Source: Lachnospiraceae bacterium
GTDB taxonomy: Bacteria > Bacillota > Clostridia > Lachnospirales > Lachnospiraceae
Assembly: GCA_021202715.1 (NCBI GenBank)
Contig: JAJQCL010000192.1
Location: 1 to 34,636, forward strand
DNA: 34,636 nt
Direction of reading: 5' to 3'
The position numbers and the translations under genes were made by a program. The notes under the pieces were generated by a model. It was not told the DNA's origin and did no database searches. It saw only the letters and a list, made by a program, of their open reading frames with translations. Of the stretch, positions 1 through 9,379 are shown one piece after another. How positions within the stretch are numbered: position 1 is the first letter of the stretch; every line of letters starts with the position of its first letter.

Positions 1-1008
1 GACATCATCATTTACATCGGCTGCGGTGAGCGCGGCAACGAGATGACGCAGGTGCTGGAGGACTTCAGCAAGCTGCAGGATCCCCGCACCGGCAATCTGC
101 TGATGGACCGCACGACGCTGATCGCCAATACCTCCAATATGCCGGTGGCGGCTCGGGAGGCCTCCATTTATACCGGCGTGACGCTGGCGGAATATTATCG
201 CGATATGGGCTACGATGTGGCCATCATGGCCGATTCGACCTCCCGTTGGGCCGAGGCGCTGCGTGAGCTCTCCGGCCGTCTGGAGGAGATGCCCGCCGAG
301 GAGGGCTTCCCGGCTTACCTGGCCTCGCGTTTGTCTGCTTTCTATGAGCGGGCCGGCATGATGCTGAATCTCAATGGGACCGAGGGCTCCGTGTCGATCA
401 TCGGCGCCGTGTCCCCGCAGGGCGGCGATTTCTCCGAGCCCGTGACCCAGAATACCAAGCGGTTTGTCCGCTGCTTCTGGGGTCTGGATAAGTCTCTGGC
501 GTACGCCAGACATTTCCCCGCCATCCACTGGCTGACCAGCTACAGTGAATATCTGAGCGATTTGGCGCCGTGGTATAAAAATATGGTCTCTCCGCGGTTT
601 GTGGATGACCGCAACCAGCTGGTGGCCCTCCTTAACACGGAGAGCAGCCTGATGGAGATCGTGAAGCTGATCGGCAGCGACGTGCTGCCGGACGATCAGA
701 AGCTGGTACTGGAGATCGCCCGCGTAATCCGGCTGGGCTTCCTGCAGCAGAATGCTTTCCACCCGGAGGAAACCTGCGTGCCCATGCAGAAGCAGTTCCT
801 GATGATGGAGACGATTCTCTATCTTTATCAGAAGTCGCGGGAGCTGGTCACGATGGGCCATCCCATGTCGGTGCTGAAAGAAAATAAGATCTTCGAGAAG
901 GTCATCGCCATCAAGTATGATGTGCCGAATGACAAGCCGGAGATGTTTGATGAATATCACAAAGCCATCGACGCCTTCTACGAGGACGTCCTGACGCGGA
1001 ATGCGTAA
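1..1008 (+). CDS. atpA: V-type (A/V) ATP synthase catalytic subunit A, C-terminal part (5' end lies outside the window)
   Basis: Frame 1 is open from base 1 (DIIIYIGCGERGNEM precedes the listed ORF at 43). The conserved A-subunit core is present: ANTSNMPVAAREASIYTGVTLAEYYRDMGYDV...STSRWAEALRE...EEGFPAYL. It is followed by the B and D subunit genes in canonical order. Confidence 0.9.
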   Translation, partial: DIIIYIGCGERGNEMTQVLEDFSKLQDPRTGNLLMDRTTLIANTSNMPVAAREASIYTGVTLAEYYRDMGYDVAIMADSTSRWAEALRELSGRLEEMPAEEGFPAYLASRLSAFYERAGMMLNLNGTEGSVSIIGAVSPQGGDFSEPVTQNTKRFVRCFWGLDKSLAYARHFPAIHWLTSYSEYLSDLAPWYKNMVSPRFVDDRNQLVALLNTESSLMEIVKLIGSDVLPDDQKLVLEIARVIRLGFLQQNAFHPEETCVPMQKQFLMMETILYLYQKSRELVTMGHPMSVLKENKIFEKVIAIKYDVPNDKPEMFDEYHKAIDAFYEDVLTRNA

Positions 1009-1071
1009 GGAAGCGCAGAGATGGAAAGTAACAGCGGAATTTGTTTGATAAGACAGAGGAGGGGATGAGCC

Positions 1072-2451
1072 ATGTCCATTGAATATCTGGGACTCAGCGA
1101 GATCAACGGCCCCCTGGTGGTGCTGGAGGGTGTACAGAACGCTTCGTATGAGGAGATTGTGGAGTTCACCGTGGACGGGAAGGAAAAGAAGCTCGGGCGA
1201 ATCGTGGCGCTCTATGAGGATAAAGCCATCATCCAGGTCTTCGAGGGGACGGATAATATGTCTCTGGTAAACACTCACACCCGGCTGACCGGACACCCGA
1301 TGGAGATTCCGCTTTCCCCCGACATCCTGGGCCGGACCTTTGACGGTATCGGGCGGCCGGCGGACGGGCTGGGACGCATTACCTCAGACATTTCCCGGAA
1401 TATCAACGGTCTGCCGTTAAATCCGGTGACCCGTGAATATCCCCGGAACTACATTCAGACCGGCATCTCGGCCATCGATGGTCTGACGACGCTGATCCGC
1501 GGCCAGAAGCTGCCGATCTTTTCCGGAAATGGTCTTCCCCACGACCAGCTGGTGGCGCAGATTGTCCGGCAGGCGACTCTGGGCGGAGAGTCGGATGAAA
1601 AATTCGCCATCGTCTTTGCGGCGATGGGCGTCAAATACGATGTGGCGGAGTTCTTCCGCCGTACCTTTGAGGAGAGCGGCGCCGCCGATCATGTGGTCAT
1701 GTATCTGAACCTGGCCAACGACCCGGTCGTGGAGCGTCTGATCACGCCCAAGGTGGCGCTGACCGCGGCAGAATATCTGGCTTTCGAGTGCGGTATGCAC
1801 ATCCTCGTCATCCTCACAGATATGACCTCGTTTGCTGAGGCCATGCGTGAGGTCTCTTCCTCCAAGGGAGAGATTCCTTCAAGAAAGGGCTATCCCGGCT
1901 ACCTGTACAGCGAGCTGGCGACCCTCTATGAGCGCGCCGGTATCGTCGAGGGCGTGGAGGGCTCGGTGACGCAGATTCCGATCCTCACGATGCCCAATGA
2001 CGACATCACGCACCCGATTCCCGATCTGACTGGTTACATCACCGAAGGACAGATCGTGCTGGAGCGTTCCCTGCACGGGCAGGCCATCTACCCGCCGATC
2101 AACGTGCTGCCCTCCCTGTCCCGTCTGATGAAGGACGGTATCGGCGAGGGTTATACCCGCAAGGATCATCAGGATGTGGCGAATCAGCTCTTCTCCTGCT
2201 ATGCCAAGGTGGGCGACGCCCGGGCGCTGGCCTCCGTCATCGGTGAGGATGAGCTCTCGGCGCTGGATAAGAAATATCTGGCTTTCGGCGAGGCCTTTGA
2301 GCATACCTTTGTCGGCCAGGGAGAGGATGAGAACCGGAGCATCACAGAGACGCTGGATCGGGGCTGGAAGCTTCTGGGCATGCTGCCCCGCGAGGAGCTG
2401 GACCGGATCGATACGAAGATTCTGGATGAGTTCTATCAGAGTGAGGAGTGA
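1072..2451 (+). CDS. atpB: V-type ATP synthase subunit B
   Basis: 459 aa. The N-terminus [17 protein letters not shown] and the central [16 protein letters not shown] and ITEGQIVL motifs are typical of the A/V-ATPase B subunit. An RBS (agaggagggg) lies upstream of the ATG at 1072. Confidence 0.92.
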   Translation: MSIEYLGLSEINGPLVVLEGVQNASYEEIVEFTVDGKEKKLGRIVALYEDKAIIQVFEGTDNMSLVNTHTRLTGHPMEIPLSPDILGRTFDGIGRPADGLGRITSDISRNINGLPLNPVTREYPRNYIQTGISAIDGLTTLIRGQKLPIFSGNGLPHDQLVAQIVRQATLGGESDEKFAIVFAAMGVKYDVAEFFRRTFEESGAADHVVMYLNLANDPVVERLITPKVALTAAEYLAFECGMHILVILTDMTSFAEAMREVSSSKGEIPSRKGYPGYLYSELATLYERAGIVEGVEGSVTQIPILTMPNDDITHPIPDLTGYITEGQIVLERSLHGQAIYPPINVLPSLSRLMKDGIGEGYTRKDHQDVANQLFSCYAKVGDARALASVIGEDELSALDKKYLAFGEAFEHTFVGQGEDENRSITETLDRGWKLLGMLPREELDRIDTKILDEFYQSEE

Positions 2452-2457
2452 TAGTTT

Positions 2458-3078
2458 ATGGATCCGAATACATTTCCCACAAAGGGAAATCTCATCGCGG
2501 CGAAGAATTCTCTGGCGCTGTCCCGGCAGGGCTTCGAGCTCATGGACAAGAAGCGCAATATTCTCATTCGGGAGCTGATGGAACTGATCGATCAGGCCCG
2601 GGATATCCAGGGGCAGATCGACACCACCTTCCGCCGCGCCTATGAGGCGCTCCAGAAAGCCAACATCGAGATGGGAATCAGCCGCGTGGAGGAAATCTCC
2701 TACACGGTGCCCGAGGAGACCTCGATCCGCATCAAAACCCGCAGCATCATGGGAACCGAAATTCCTCTGGTGGAGGCAAGCTCTTCGATGGCGACGCCTA
2801 CCTACAGCTATTACGGCACGAGAAAGTCGCTGGATGAGGCCCGGGAGGCTTTCGAGAAGGTGAAGGAGCTGACGATCCAGTTGTCCATGGTGGAGAATTC
2901 CGCCTACCGGCTGGCCGCCAACATCAAGAAGACCCAGAAGAGAGCCAATGCCCTGAAAAACATCACCATTCCTCACTACGAGACCCTGGTGACCGACATC
3001 GGCAGCGCGCTGGAAGAGAAGGAGCGCGAGGAATTCACCCGGCTGAAGGTCATTAAGAGGATGCAGGGGAAGGGGTAG
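2458..3078 (+). CDS. atpD: V-type ATP synthase subunit D
   Basis: 206 aa. The N-terminus PTKGNLIAAKNSLALSRQGFELMDKKRNILIRELM is the conserved D-subunit coiled-coil start. It begins 6 nt after the atpB stop and is the last gene of the operon. Confidence 0.88.
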   Translation: MDPNTFPTKGNLIAAKNSLALSRQGFELMDKKRNILIRELMELIDQARDIQGQIDTTFRRAYEALQKANIEMGISRVEEISYTVPEETSIRIKTRSIMGTEIPLVEASSSMATPTYSYYGTRKSLDEAREAFEKVKELTIQLSMVENSAYRLAANIKKTQKRANALKNITIPHYETLVTDIGSALEEKEREEFTRLKVIKRMQGKG

Positions 3079-3109
3079 GAGAGGACGGCAGCTGAATCTT
3101 ATAAAAATA

Positions 3110-3154
3110 AAAAAGTATGGCATTCAATGATGAGAGATTGATGCCATACTTTTT
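3110..3154. terminator. Bidirectional rho-independent terminator between the convergent atpD and plsC
   Basis: The 14-nt arm aaaaagtatggcat (3110-3123) is an exact reverse complement of atgccatacttttt (3141-3154), separated by a 17-nt loop. The A-run and T-run sit inside the arms, so the hairpin reads as a terminator on both strands. Confidence 0.75.
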
Positions 3155-3159
3155 GTTAC

Positions 3160-3882
3160 TTACAGGTTCTTCCGGTACATCTCCTCCACCGCCTGCTGCG
3201 TCCTCGCGGGGAGCTCTCTCTTGGCGGCGCGGTCCAGCGTGGCCGTCTCGATGGGAGCGCCGAATTCGATAGTGACGGCGTGGGGATGAATCCAGGGGAA
3301 ATGTTTCTCCAGAACATCGTCCGTATAGGTGAAGGCCACCGGGATGATCGGGCATCCGGCTTTTTCCGCGATCTTGAAGCTGCCCTCCTTAAAGGGAAGC
3401 AGCTCCTCGCCGTGATTGCGCGTCCCCTCCGGGCAGATCCAGATGGAGATGCCGTTTTTGATCTGGTCGATGGCGGCGAGGATGGTCTTCATGCCTTCCC
3501 GCATGTTCTCACGGTCCAGGAAGAGGCAGTGAAGGCGGACCATCCAGTGGGAGAGCAGAGGAATCTTGAGGAACTCTTTCTTGGCAACAAAACCGCAGAG
3601 CCCCTTCACCTGGCAGTAGCCGATGATGATATCGAAATAACTGCGGTGGTTGCTGACGTAGAGTACCGGGCGGTCGTCGGGGATATTCTCCCGGCCGATC
3701 ACCGTGAGCTGAATCCCGGAGAACCACTGGACGCCCCGGAGGATGAACTGGACGGCGGCGAGGCTGCTGCGATCCTTCAGGGATGGATTGAATTTCCCGA
3801 TGATCCACTCGATGAACAGCAGCGGGATGCCTACGGGCACCAGAAAGAGGATGACAAGGGTCAGAGACAGGACGGTTCTCAT
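3160..3882 (-). CDS. plsC: 1-acyl-sn-glycerol-3-phosphate acyltransferase (lysophospholipid acyltransferase family)
   Basis: 240 aa with an N-terminal TM helix, the HX4D acyltransferase motif (NHRSYFD) and a PEGTR motif. Its start codon overlaps the pncB stop (ATGA at 3879-3882). The RBS gaggagg lies inside the pncB 3' end. Confidence 0.8.
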   Translation of the reverse strand: MRTVLSLTLVILFLVPVGIPLLFIEWIIGKFNPSLKDRSSLAAVQFILRGVQWFSGIQLTVIGRENIPDDRPVLYVSNHRSYFDIIIGYCQVKGLCGFVAKKEFLKIPLLSHWMVRLHCLFLDRENMREGMKTILAAIDQIKNGISIWICPEGTRNHGEELLPFKEGSFKIAEKAGCPIIPVAFTYTDDVLEKHFPWIHPHAVTIEFGAPIETATLDRAAKRELPARTQQAVEEMYRKNL

Positions 3883-5351
3883 TGATCAGCCTCCTCGTTG
3901 ATCTCGTTCAGGTTGTCCAGCAACTGATACTTCATGTCAAACAGCTTCCGGGACAGATCGATGTAGACCTCATGAGGGTTGGCGAAACGCCGGGTCTCAT
4001 CCCACAGCGTATCCTGCTCTTTGCGGCAGATCTCGCGGATCTCCATGACGCTGGGGCTGGTGTAGACGCACTCGCCGTTCTTGAAAACAGGTTCCAGGAG
4101 CTTCCGCAGTGTGAAGGTGCCCGCGTCCAGATAGGTCTTCTTCCAGGTGTGGACCGGGTCGAAGATCATCAGGTTGTGGTCTTCGACGAAGATCTCGTCG
4201 TGGAGCGCCAGCAGATCGCCGATGATCTTGCCGGTGGATTTCTTATAAATACGGTAAATGATCTTATTTCCCGGGTTGGTGATCTTCTCCGAGTTCTCGG
4301 AGCGCTTGATCTTCGGCACGAAAGTGTCTGTTTTGCGGTCGTAGATGGCGGCCAGCTTGTACACGCCGCCGAAAGCCGGGCAGTCCTTGCTGGTGATCAG
4401 ATTGGTCCCCACACCCCAGGAGGTGATGGCGGCGTCCTGATCCTTCAGGCTGGCGATCAGATACTCGTCCAGGTCGCAGGAGGCAGAGATGACGGCGTCC
4501 GTGAAGCCCGCCTCATCCAGCATTTTCCGGGCCTCTTTGGAGAGATAGGCCAGGTCGCCGCTGTCCAGACGGATGCCATAGTAGCTGAGAGGAATGCCCG
4601 CGTCGCGCATTTCCTGGAAGACCTGAATGGCGTGGGGCACGCCGCTCTTTAGTGTGTTATAGGTATCAACCAGCAAAATGCAGGCCGAGGGATAGAGATG
4701 CGCGTAGGCACGGAAAGCCGTCAGCTCATCGTCGAAGCTCATGATCCAGCTGTGGGCGTGCGTGCCTTTGACAGGAATGTCGAATAGCTGCCCCGCCAGA
4801 ACGTTGCTGGTGCCGATGCAGCCTCCGATGACCGCGGCACGCGCGCCGTAGATGCCTGCATCAGGCCCCTGCGCCCGGCGCAGACCGAATTCCATGATGC
4901 CATCGCCTTCTGCCGCGTAGACAACGCGGGAGGCCTTGGTAGCGATCAGGCACTGGTGGTTCACGATGTTCAGCAAAGCTGGTTCCAGCAGCTGCGCTTC
5001 CATAACCGGTGCAACGACCTTGACCAGCGGCTCGTTGGGGAAGACCACGGTTCCCTCGGGAATCGCGTAGATATCGCCTGTGAAATGGAAATGTGCCAGA
5101 TAATCGAGGAAATCTTCGTGGAAAATGCCCAGAGACCGCAGGTACTCGATGTCTCCGTCGGTGAAGTGGAGGTTTTCGACATACTCGATGATCTGCGCAA
5201 GGCCTGCGCAGATCGCATAGCCGCTGCCGCTGGGATTGCTTCGGTAAAAGGCGTCAAAAACAACGGTTTCGTTAAATTTCTGCTCATAATAGCCCTGCAT
5301 CATCGTCAGTTCATACAGGTCGGTCAGCAGGGTCAGATTGCGTTTGCTCAT
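3879..5351 (-). CDS. pncB: Nicotinate phosphoribosyltransferase (NAD salvage)
   Basis: MSKRNLTLLTDLYELTMMQGYY... is the typical NAPRT N-terminus, and GTHAHSW is also present. I place the start at the ATG at 5351 (second Met of the listed ORF) because aaaggag sits 11 nt upstream. The 17-aa extension to 5402 runs into the repeat. Confidence 0.88.
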   Translation of the reverse strand: MSKRNLTLLTDLYELTMMQGYYEQKFNETVVFDAFYRSNPSGSGYAICAGLAQIIEYVENLHFTDGDIEYLRSLGIFHEDFLDYLAHFHFTGDIYAIPEGTVVFPNEPLVKVVAPVMEAQLLEPALLNIVNHQCLIATKASRVVYAAEGDGIMEFGLRRAQGPDAGIYGARAAVIGGCIGTSNVLAGQLFDIPVKGTHAHSWIMSFDDELTAFRAYAHLYPSACILLVDTYNTLKSGVPHAIQVFQEMRDAGIPLSYYGIRLDSGDLAYLSKEARKMLDEAGFTDAVISASCDLDEYLIASLKDQDAAITSWGVGTNLITSKDCPAFGGVYKLAAIYDRKTDTFVPKIKRSENSEKITNPGNKIIYRIYKKSTGKIIGDLLALHDEIFVEDHNLMIFDPVHTWKKTYLDAGTFTLRKLLEPVFKNGECVYTSPSVMEIREICRKEQDTLWDETRRFANPHEVYIDLSRKLFDMKYQLLDNLNEINEEADQ

Positions 5352-5400
5352 AAGATGGAGTTCTCCTTTGTGGGGCGGTGTGGATAACGGCACTGCCCGC

Positions 5401-5682
5401 ATGATGCTGGGTCATGAGTATTTTCGCATGAACGCGACCTCAAAACCTTCGGTTTTTCGGTGTTCGTTTGCACTCACATAGCTCCTGGAGCATTTATCTG
5501 CATGCAAGCATGCGCTAAATGCTCTGCGTCACTGCGTTCATGGTGCTGTGTCATGAGTATTTTCGCATGAACGCATACCTCAAAACCTTCGGTTTTTCGG
5601 TGTTCGTTTGCACTCACATAGCTCCTGGAGCATTTATCTGCATGCAAGCATGCGCTAAATGCTCTGCGTCACTGCGTTCATG
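5401..5682. repeat. Tandem direct repeat, two units of 139-140 bp, each containing a closed inverted-repeat domain
   Basis: 5441-5540 is identical to 5581-5680 (100/100). The first ~40 nt of each unit differ by 3 substitutions and 1 indel. Each unit is closed by catgaacgc(a)/(t)gcgttcatg (5427-5435 with 5534-5542; 5566-5575 with 5673-5682). Each also carries an inner 9-bp palindrome gagcattta/taaatgctc (unit 1: 5488-5496 with 5516-5524). Confidence 0.9.
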
Positions 5683-5695
5683 CTTATGCGTTCAT

Positions 5696-5723
5696 ATTAT
5701 ACCACGATTTTTTTTCCGCACAA
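5696..5723 (-). promoter_or_regulatory. Candidate sigma-A promoter with extended -10, reading toward pncB through the tandem repeat
   Basis: The minus strand reads ttgtgc-16 nt-tataat (-35 at 5718-5723, -10 at 5696-5701), with tgg immediately upstream of the -10 (TGnTATAAT). No other good promoter was seen between here and the pncB start. Confidence 0.5.
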
Positions 5724-5812
5724 CCGGTTTATGCGGGATTTCGGCAGAGAGATTTACAGGTGACAAGACAAATTCAGCTTTTCAGATATGTACGATATCG
5801 GGGGCGAAAGTC

Positions 5813-6319
5813 TTATTTCGCCCGTGCTGCAAACATATCTTCAAGAAACTGCAGCCCGGTGGCTGTGCAGAAGATGTGTTCCCGCGCCGCCGCGATCGCA
5901 TGCGCATCGGATGAACTTTCGTAGAGATTCACCAGAAAATCCGCCTCGACCAGGATCTGATAATCCATCCCATCGATGTTCTTATAGGTATGGTGATGTC
6001 CGATCAGATATTTGACCCTCTCGATCTCCTCCTCGGAATATCCGCCGAGCTCACGGAGCAGCTTCTCCGCCTCGGCCGGGCCCTCGATCTCCTGGTAATG
6101 ACCCGAACTGGAGCCGTATTTTTCTTCGCTCACATGGATGCCGATGTCGTGCAGGATGGCGGCTGTTTCCAGAGTGTGCTGTGTCTTCTCATCAAGCCCT
6201 TCCAGAATACCGATCGCGGCAGCCAGATCATGGACCTTTACAAAATGCTGAATGCGCGGCGTATCCCCGCGATCGTAACGGATCATGGCGGCCATCAGGG
6301 CGGCGGTTTGTCTATCCAT
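5813..6319 (-). CDS. HD-domain metal-dependent phosphohydrolase
   Basis: An HD signature (AAILHDIGIH) and a downstream GHHHTY are present. I prefer the start at the internal Met (MDRQTAAL, ATG at 6319) with the aaggaa/ggaaagg RBS-like sequence upstream. The 15-aa extension has no RBS. Confidence 0.72.
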   Translation of the reverse strand: MDRQTAALMAAMIRYDRGDTPRIQHFVKVHDLAAAIGILEGLDEKTQHTLETAAILHDIGIHVSEEKYGSSSGHYQEIEGPAEAEKLLRELGGYSEEEIERVKYLIGHHHTYKNIDGMDYQILVEADFLVNLYESSSDAHAIAAAREHIFCTATGLQFLEDMFAARAK

Positions 6320-6428
6320 ATGTTCTGGTTCCTTTCCCCGAAATATATTTGCATCATAGCACATTTCCGTTCAAAAGGGAACCGGCGAACGTCCCGGAAC
6401 ATAGAATAGAAGAAAACGGGAATTCGGT

Positions 6429-7571
6429 ATGGCAGTCTATGTGGTAAAAGCGGACGATTCCGTCGAGACGATCGCCGCTGCGGCGGGTGTTTCGGTGGAA
6501 CAGCTTGTCTCGGAAAATCAGATTCCGTATCCTTATCGCCTGGCGATCGGCCAGGCTCTTTATCTTCCGGCGGAAATGACCGTGCCCGGACGGGAAATCA
6601 ATACAAATGGTTACGCGTATCCCTTTATTGGAAATTATGTACTGCGGCGGACTCTTCCGTATCTGTCATCTTTGTCCGTTTTTTCCTACGGGTTTACCAC
6701 GGCGGGTGAGCTGGTGCCGCCGCGGCTTCCCGATGTGTGGATGATTCAGGCTGCGGAAGAGTATGGGACAGAGGCCATTCTGACGCTGACTCCTCTGGAT
6801 GAGGCCGGGCAGTTTAATAACTATCTGATTCATGCGGTGGTACAGAATCCGGAATCCCGGCGGTCCCTGGAGGAGAATCTCCTGGCGGAGGTTCGGGAGA
6901 AGGGGTATGCGGGCGTGGATGTGGATTTCGAATACATTCTGGCGGAGGATCGGGACGCTTTTTCCCTGTTTGTGAAGGAACTGACAGAGGCGATGCATGG
7001 GGAGGGACGTACCGTGTCGGTGGCGCTCGCGCCCAAGACCTCCGCGAATCAGCCGGGGCTCCTCTATGAGGGGAAGGACTATGCGGCTCTGGGTGCGGCG
7101 GCGGACCGTGTTCTGCTCATGACCTACGAGTGGGGCTACAAGTACAGCGAGCCCATGGCCGTGGCGCCTTTGCCGCAGGTTCGTCAGGTTGTGGAATATG
7201 CCGTCACGGAGATCGATCCGGCGAAGATTTTGCTGGGAATGCCCAATTACGGATATGACTGGCCGCTGCCCTATGTCCCGGGAGAGACGGCGGCACGGAC
7301 GATCGGGAATGTGGAGGCGGTGCAGATCGCCATCGAAAATGGGGCTGAGATTCGCTTTGACGAGACGGCGCAGTCGCCCTGGTTTTCCTATGAGAGCGGT
7401 GGAATCGCTCATGAGGTCTGGTTCGAGGATGTCCGCAGCGTTCAGGCGAAATGTGACCTGATCCGCGCTTCCTCTCTGCGGGGCGCCGGTATCTGGCAGA
7501 TTAACCAGCTTTTTCTGGCCGGATGGCTCCAGCTCGAAGAGAACTTTCACGTGTTGAGGAAAAAACAGTAG
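6429..7571 (+). CDS. LysM domain + glycoside hydrolase family 18 protein (YaaH/SleL-like peptidoglycan/cortex hydrolase)
   Basis: An N-terminal LysM is present (YVVKADDSVETIAAAAGVSVEQLVSENQI...LAIGQALYLP). The GH18 catalytic motif DxDxE is seen as GVDVDFEYI. The architecture matches Bacillus YaaH/SleL apart from having a single LysM. Confidence 0.8.
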   Translation: MAVYVVKADDSVETIAAAAGVSVEQLVSENQIPYPYRLAIGQALYLPAEMTVPGREINTNGYAYPFIGNYVLRRTLPYLSSLSVFSYGFTTAGELVPPRLPDVWMIQAAEEYGTEAILTLTPLDEAGQFNNYLIHAVVQNPESRRSLEENLLAEVREKGYAGVDVDFEYILAEDRDAFSLFVKELTEAMHGEGRTVSVALAPKTSANQPGLLYEGKDYAALGAAADRVLLMTYEWGYKYSEPMAVAPLPQVRQVVEYAVTEIDPAKILLGMPNYGYDWPLPYVPGETAARTIGNVEAVQIAIENGAEIRFDETAQSPWFSYESGGIAHEVWFEDVRSVQAKCDLIRASSLRGAGIWQINQLFLAGWLQLEENFHVLRKKQ

Positions 7572-7627
7572 AATTTTCTCATCGGAACGTGTAAGATAGA
7601 GAGGAGTACGAGCAGGGAGGCATGAAA

Positions 7628-8392
7628 ATGCTGATTCAGGAGGAGATCACGATACCGGTTCTGTCGGGAGAGACGCCGCGGAGGCTTTTTATCTGGCTTC
7701 CCGAGGAGGCGGAGGAGTCCGGAGACCGATATCCCGTGCTGTATATGTTTGACGGACACAATGTGTTCCTGGATGAGACAGCGACCTACGGCCGGAGCTG
7801 GCGGATGCAGGAGTATCTGGAGGAACAGGCTCTTCCGCTGATCGTGGTGGGCGTGGAATGCAACCACGAGGGAAACCGGCGTCTGGAGGAGTATTCCCCC
7901 TTCGATGCCCGGATGAACGGAATTGGACGGCTCCATGGTCAGGGAAATCTTACCATGGACTGGATCGTGGACGAGCTGAAGCCGGCGATCGATGCGCATT
8001 TCCCCACGCAGCCGGAGCGGGAGCATACGGCCATTGCCGGCAGCTCGATGGGAGGTCTCATGGCATTGTTTGCGGTGACAGCGTATAATTATACCTTTTC
8101 CCGGGCGGCGGCGCTCTCTCCCAGCATCTGGGTCGCGCCGAACAAGCTGGTGGAGGGGATCAAAAACTGTCCCATCGAGAAAAATACCCGCGTATATATG
8201 GATTACGGGACGCGGGAGCTGGGCAATCACAACCGGCAGCGGATGCTCCGCGGTCTGGAGCGGGTGCATCGGACGCTGCTGGAGAAGGATGTCGCGGCCT
8301 GTATGCGGATCGTGCCGGGAGGCACTCATTCGGAGGCGTCCTGGGAGAGACAGGTACCCATTTTCCTGCGTCATCTGGGGCTGCAGGAGTAA
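7628..8392 (+). CDS. Esterase family protein (alpha/beta hydrolase, PF00756-like)
   Basis: A GxSxG nucleophile elbow (AGSSMGG) is present, and the YPVLYMFDGHN start is typical of the putative-esterase family. The ATG at 7628 has GGAGG 7 nt upstream. The listed start at 7622 is only 1 nt from that RBS. Confidence 0.7.
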   Translation: MLIQEEITIPVLSGETPRRLFIWLPEEAEESGDRYPVLYMFDGHNVFLDETATYGRSWRMQEYLEEQALPLIVVGVECNHEGNRRLEEYSPFDARMNGIGRLHGQGNLTMDWIVDELKPAIDAHFPTQPEREHTAIAGSSMGGLMALFAVTAYNYTFSRAAALSPSIWVAPNKLVEGIKNCPIEKNTRVYMDYGTRELGNHNRQRMLRGLERVHRTLLEKDVAACMRIVPGGTHSEASWERQVPIFLRHLGLQE

Positions 8393-8500
8393 GAGGGGAC
8401 TGGAGCCGGAGACGGTGCGTGCCGGGGACACTTTATTGCTTTAAAGCGACGGCAGCGAGAGGACGGAAAAGAAGGAGAGGAAACGGGAGGAAGAGGAGAG

Positions 8501-9265
8501 ATGCAGAGTACGTATTTCAGGGAGTACAGCGGCTATCTGAACCGGGAAATGGAGTTCAAGGTCTACGGATATGCCGGAAAGCCGGTGCTGTTTATCCCCT
8601 GTCAGAACGGGCGTTTTTTTGACTTTGAGGATTTTCACATGGCGGATGTGCTGGCCGGACGGATCGAGGAGGGGGAGATTCAGGTCTTCTCCGCAGACAC
8701 CATCGACGGGGAGACCTGGTCGAACGAGGGTGGCGACGTCCGGGACCGCATGGAGCAGCACGAGCGGTGGTTCCTGTATATCACGGAGGAGCTGGTGCCG
8801 CGGATCCATGAGCTCAACGACCGGCGCGGTTTCTGGAATGCGGGGCCGGGAATTATGACCTTCGGCTGCAGTATGGGAGCCTATCACGCGGGGAATCTGT
8901 ATTTCCGGCGGCCTGACCTGTTCGATCGGAACCTGTCCCTGAGCGGGATGTACGACACGAAGGGGATGATGGGCGAGTACCACGATGATCTGACCTACGA
9001 CAATTCCCCGGCAGAGTTTCTGAACGGGATGCCGGAGGAGCACCCCTGGATGGAGCGCTATCGCCACGGCAAATGCGTGATCTGCGTGGGGCAGGGCGCC
9101 TGGGAGGGGCCGATGATCGAGTCGACCAGGCGGGTGGATGAGGTCGTGAAGCGCCGGAACCTTCCCGTCTGGGTGGATTATTGGGGGTATGACGTCAATC
9201 ACGACTGGCCCTGGTGGTACCGTCAGACCGAGTATTTTATGCCCTGGCTTCTGGACGAGCAGTAG
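8501..9265 (+). CDS. Esterase family protein (second PF00756-like paralog)
   Basis: GxSxG is present as GCSMGAY. KPVLFIPCQNG...WFLYITEELVP resembles the same esterase fold. A purine-rich RBS region lies at 8470-8500. Confidence 0.68.
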   Translation: MQSTYFREYSGYLNREMEFKVYGYAGKPVLFIPCQNGRFFDFEDFHMADVLAGRIEEGEIQVFSADTIDGETWSNEGGDVRDRMEQHERWFLYITEELVPRIHELNDRRGFWNAGPGIMTFGCSMGAYHAGNLYFRRPDLFDRNLSLSGMYDTKGMMGEYHDDLTYDNSPAEFLNGMPEEHPWMERYRHGKCVICVGQGAWEGPMIESTRRVDEVVKRRNLPVWVDYWGYDVNHDWPWWYRQTEYFMPWLLDEQ

Positions 9266-9334
9266 CTGACAGTCGAAGCCGAAAACGAAGAAGTGCAGGA
9301 AACCGGGCCGCAGCGAGCGGAGCGGCTGTCATTT

Positions 9335-9379
9335 ATGCGCAGGGCTGCGTAAGGAATTTTTCCGGCTGACGCCGGATGC
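9335..9379. repeat. Intergenic structured repeat, copy 1 (second copy at 33003-33046)
   Basis: atgcgcagggctgcgtaaggaatttttccggctgacgccggatgc matches 33003-33046 with 2 substitutions and 1 indel. It contains the hairpin tccggc-tgac-gccgga nested inside gcgcagggctgc/gcagcccgcgc. Confidence 0.65.

Noticed and set aside
1879-3123. 414-aa minus-strand ORF across atpB/atpD
   Set aside because: It is antisense to unambiguous V-ATPase B and D genes. The sequence is low-complexity (L/R/G/H-rich), so it is a shadow ORF.
5352-5402. Longer N-terminal extensions given by the ORF track for pncB, and likewise for the HD protein, metY, ahpC and the L,D-transpeptidase
   Set aside because: In each case an internal ATG is preceded by a proper Shine-Dalgarno sequence and yields the family-typical N-terminus or signal peptide. 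The extensions lack an RBS and run into intergenic repeats or leaders.
5401-5682. Possible CRISPR array or minisatellite
   Set aside because: There are only two directly abutting 139-140-bp units with no spacers and no cas genes. The unit length is far beyond CRISPR repeats. It is reported instead as a tandem structured element.
5519-5914. 131-aa Cys-rich plus-strand ORF spanning the tandem repeat and the HD gene 3' end
   Set aside because: It is generated by the repeat DNA and runs antisense into a real gene. It has no RBS and a composition atypical of proteins.
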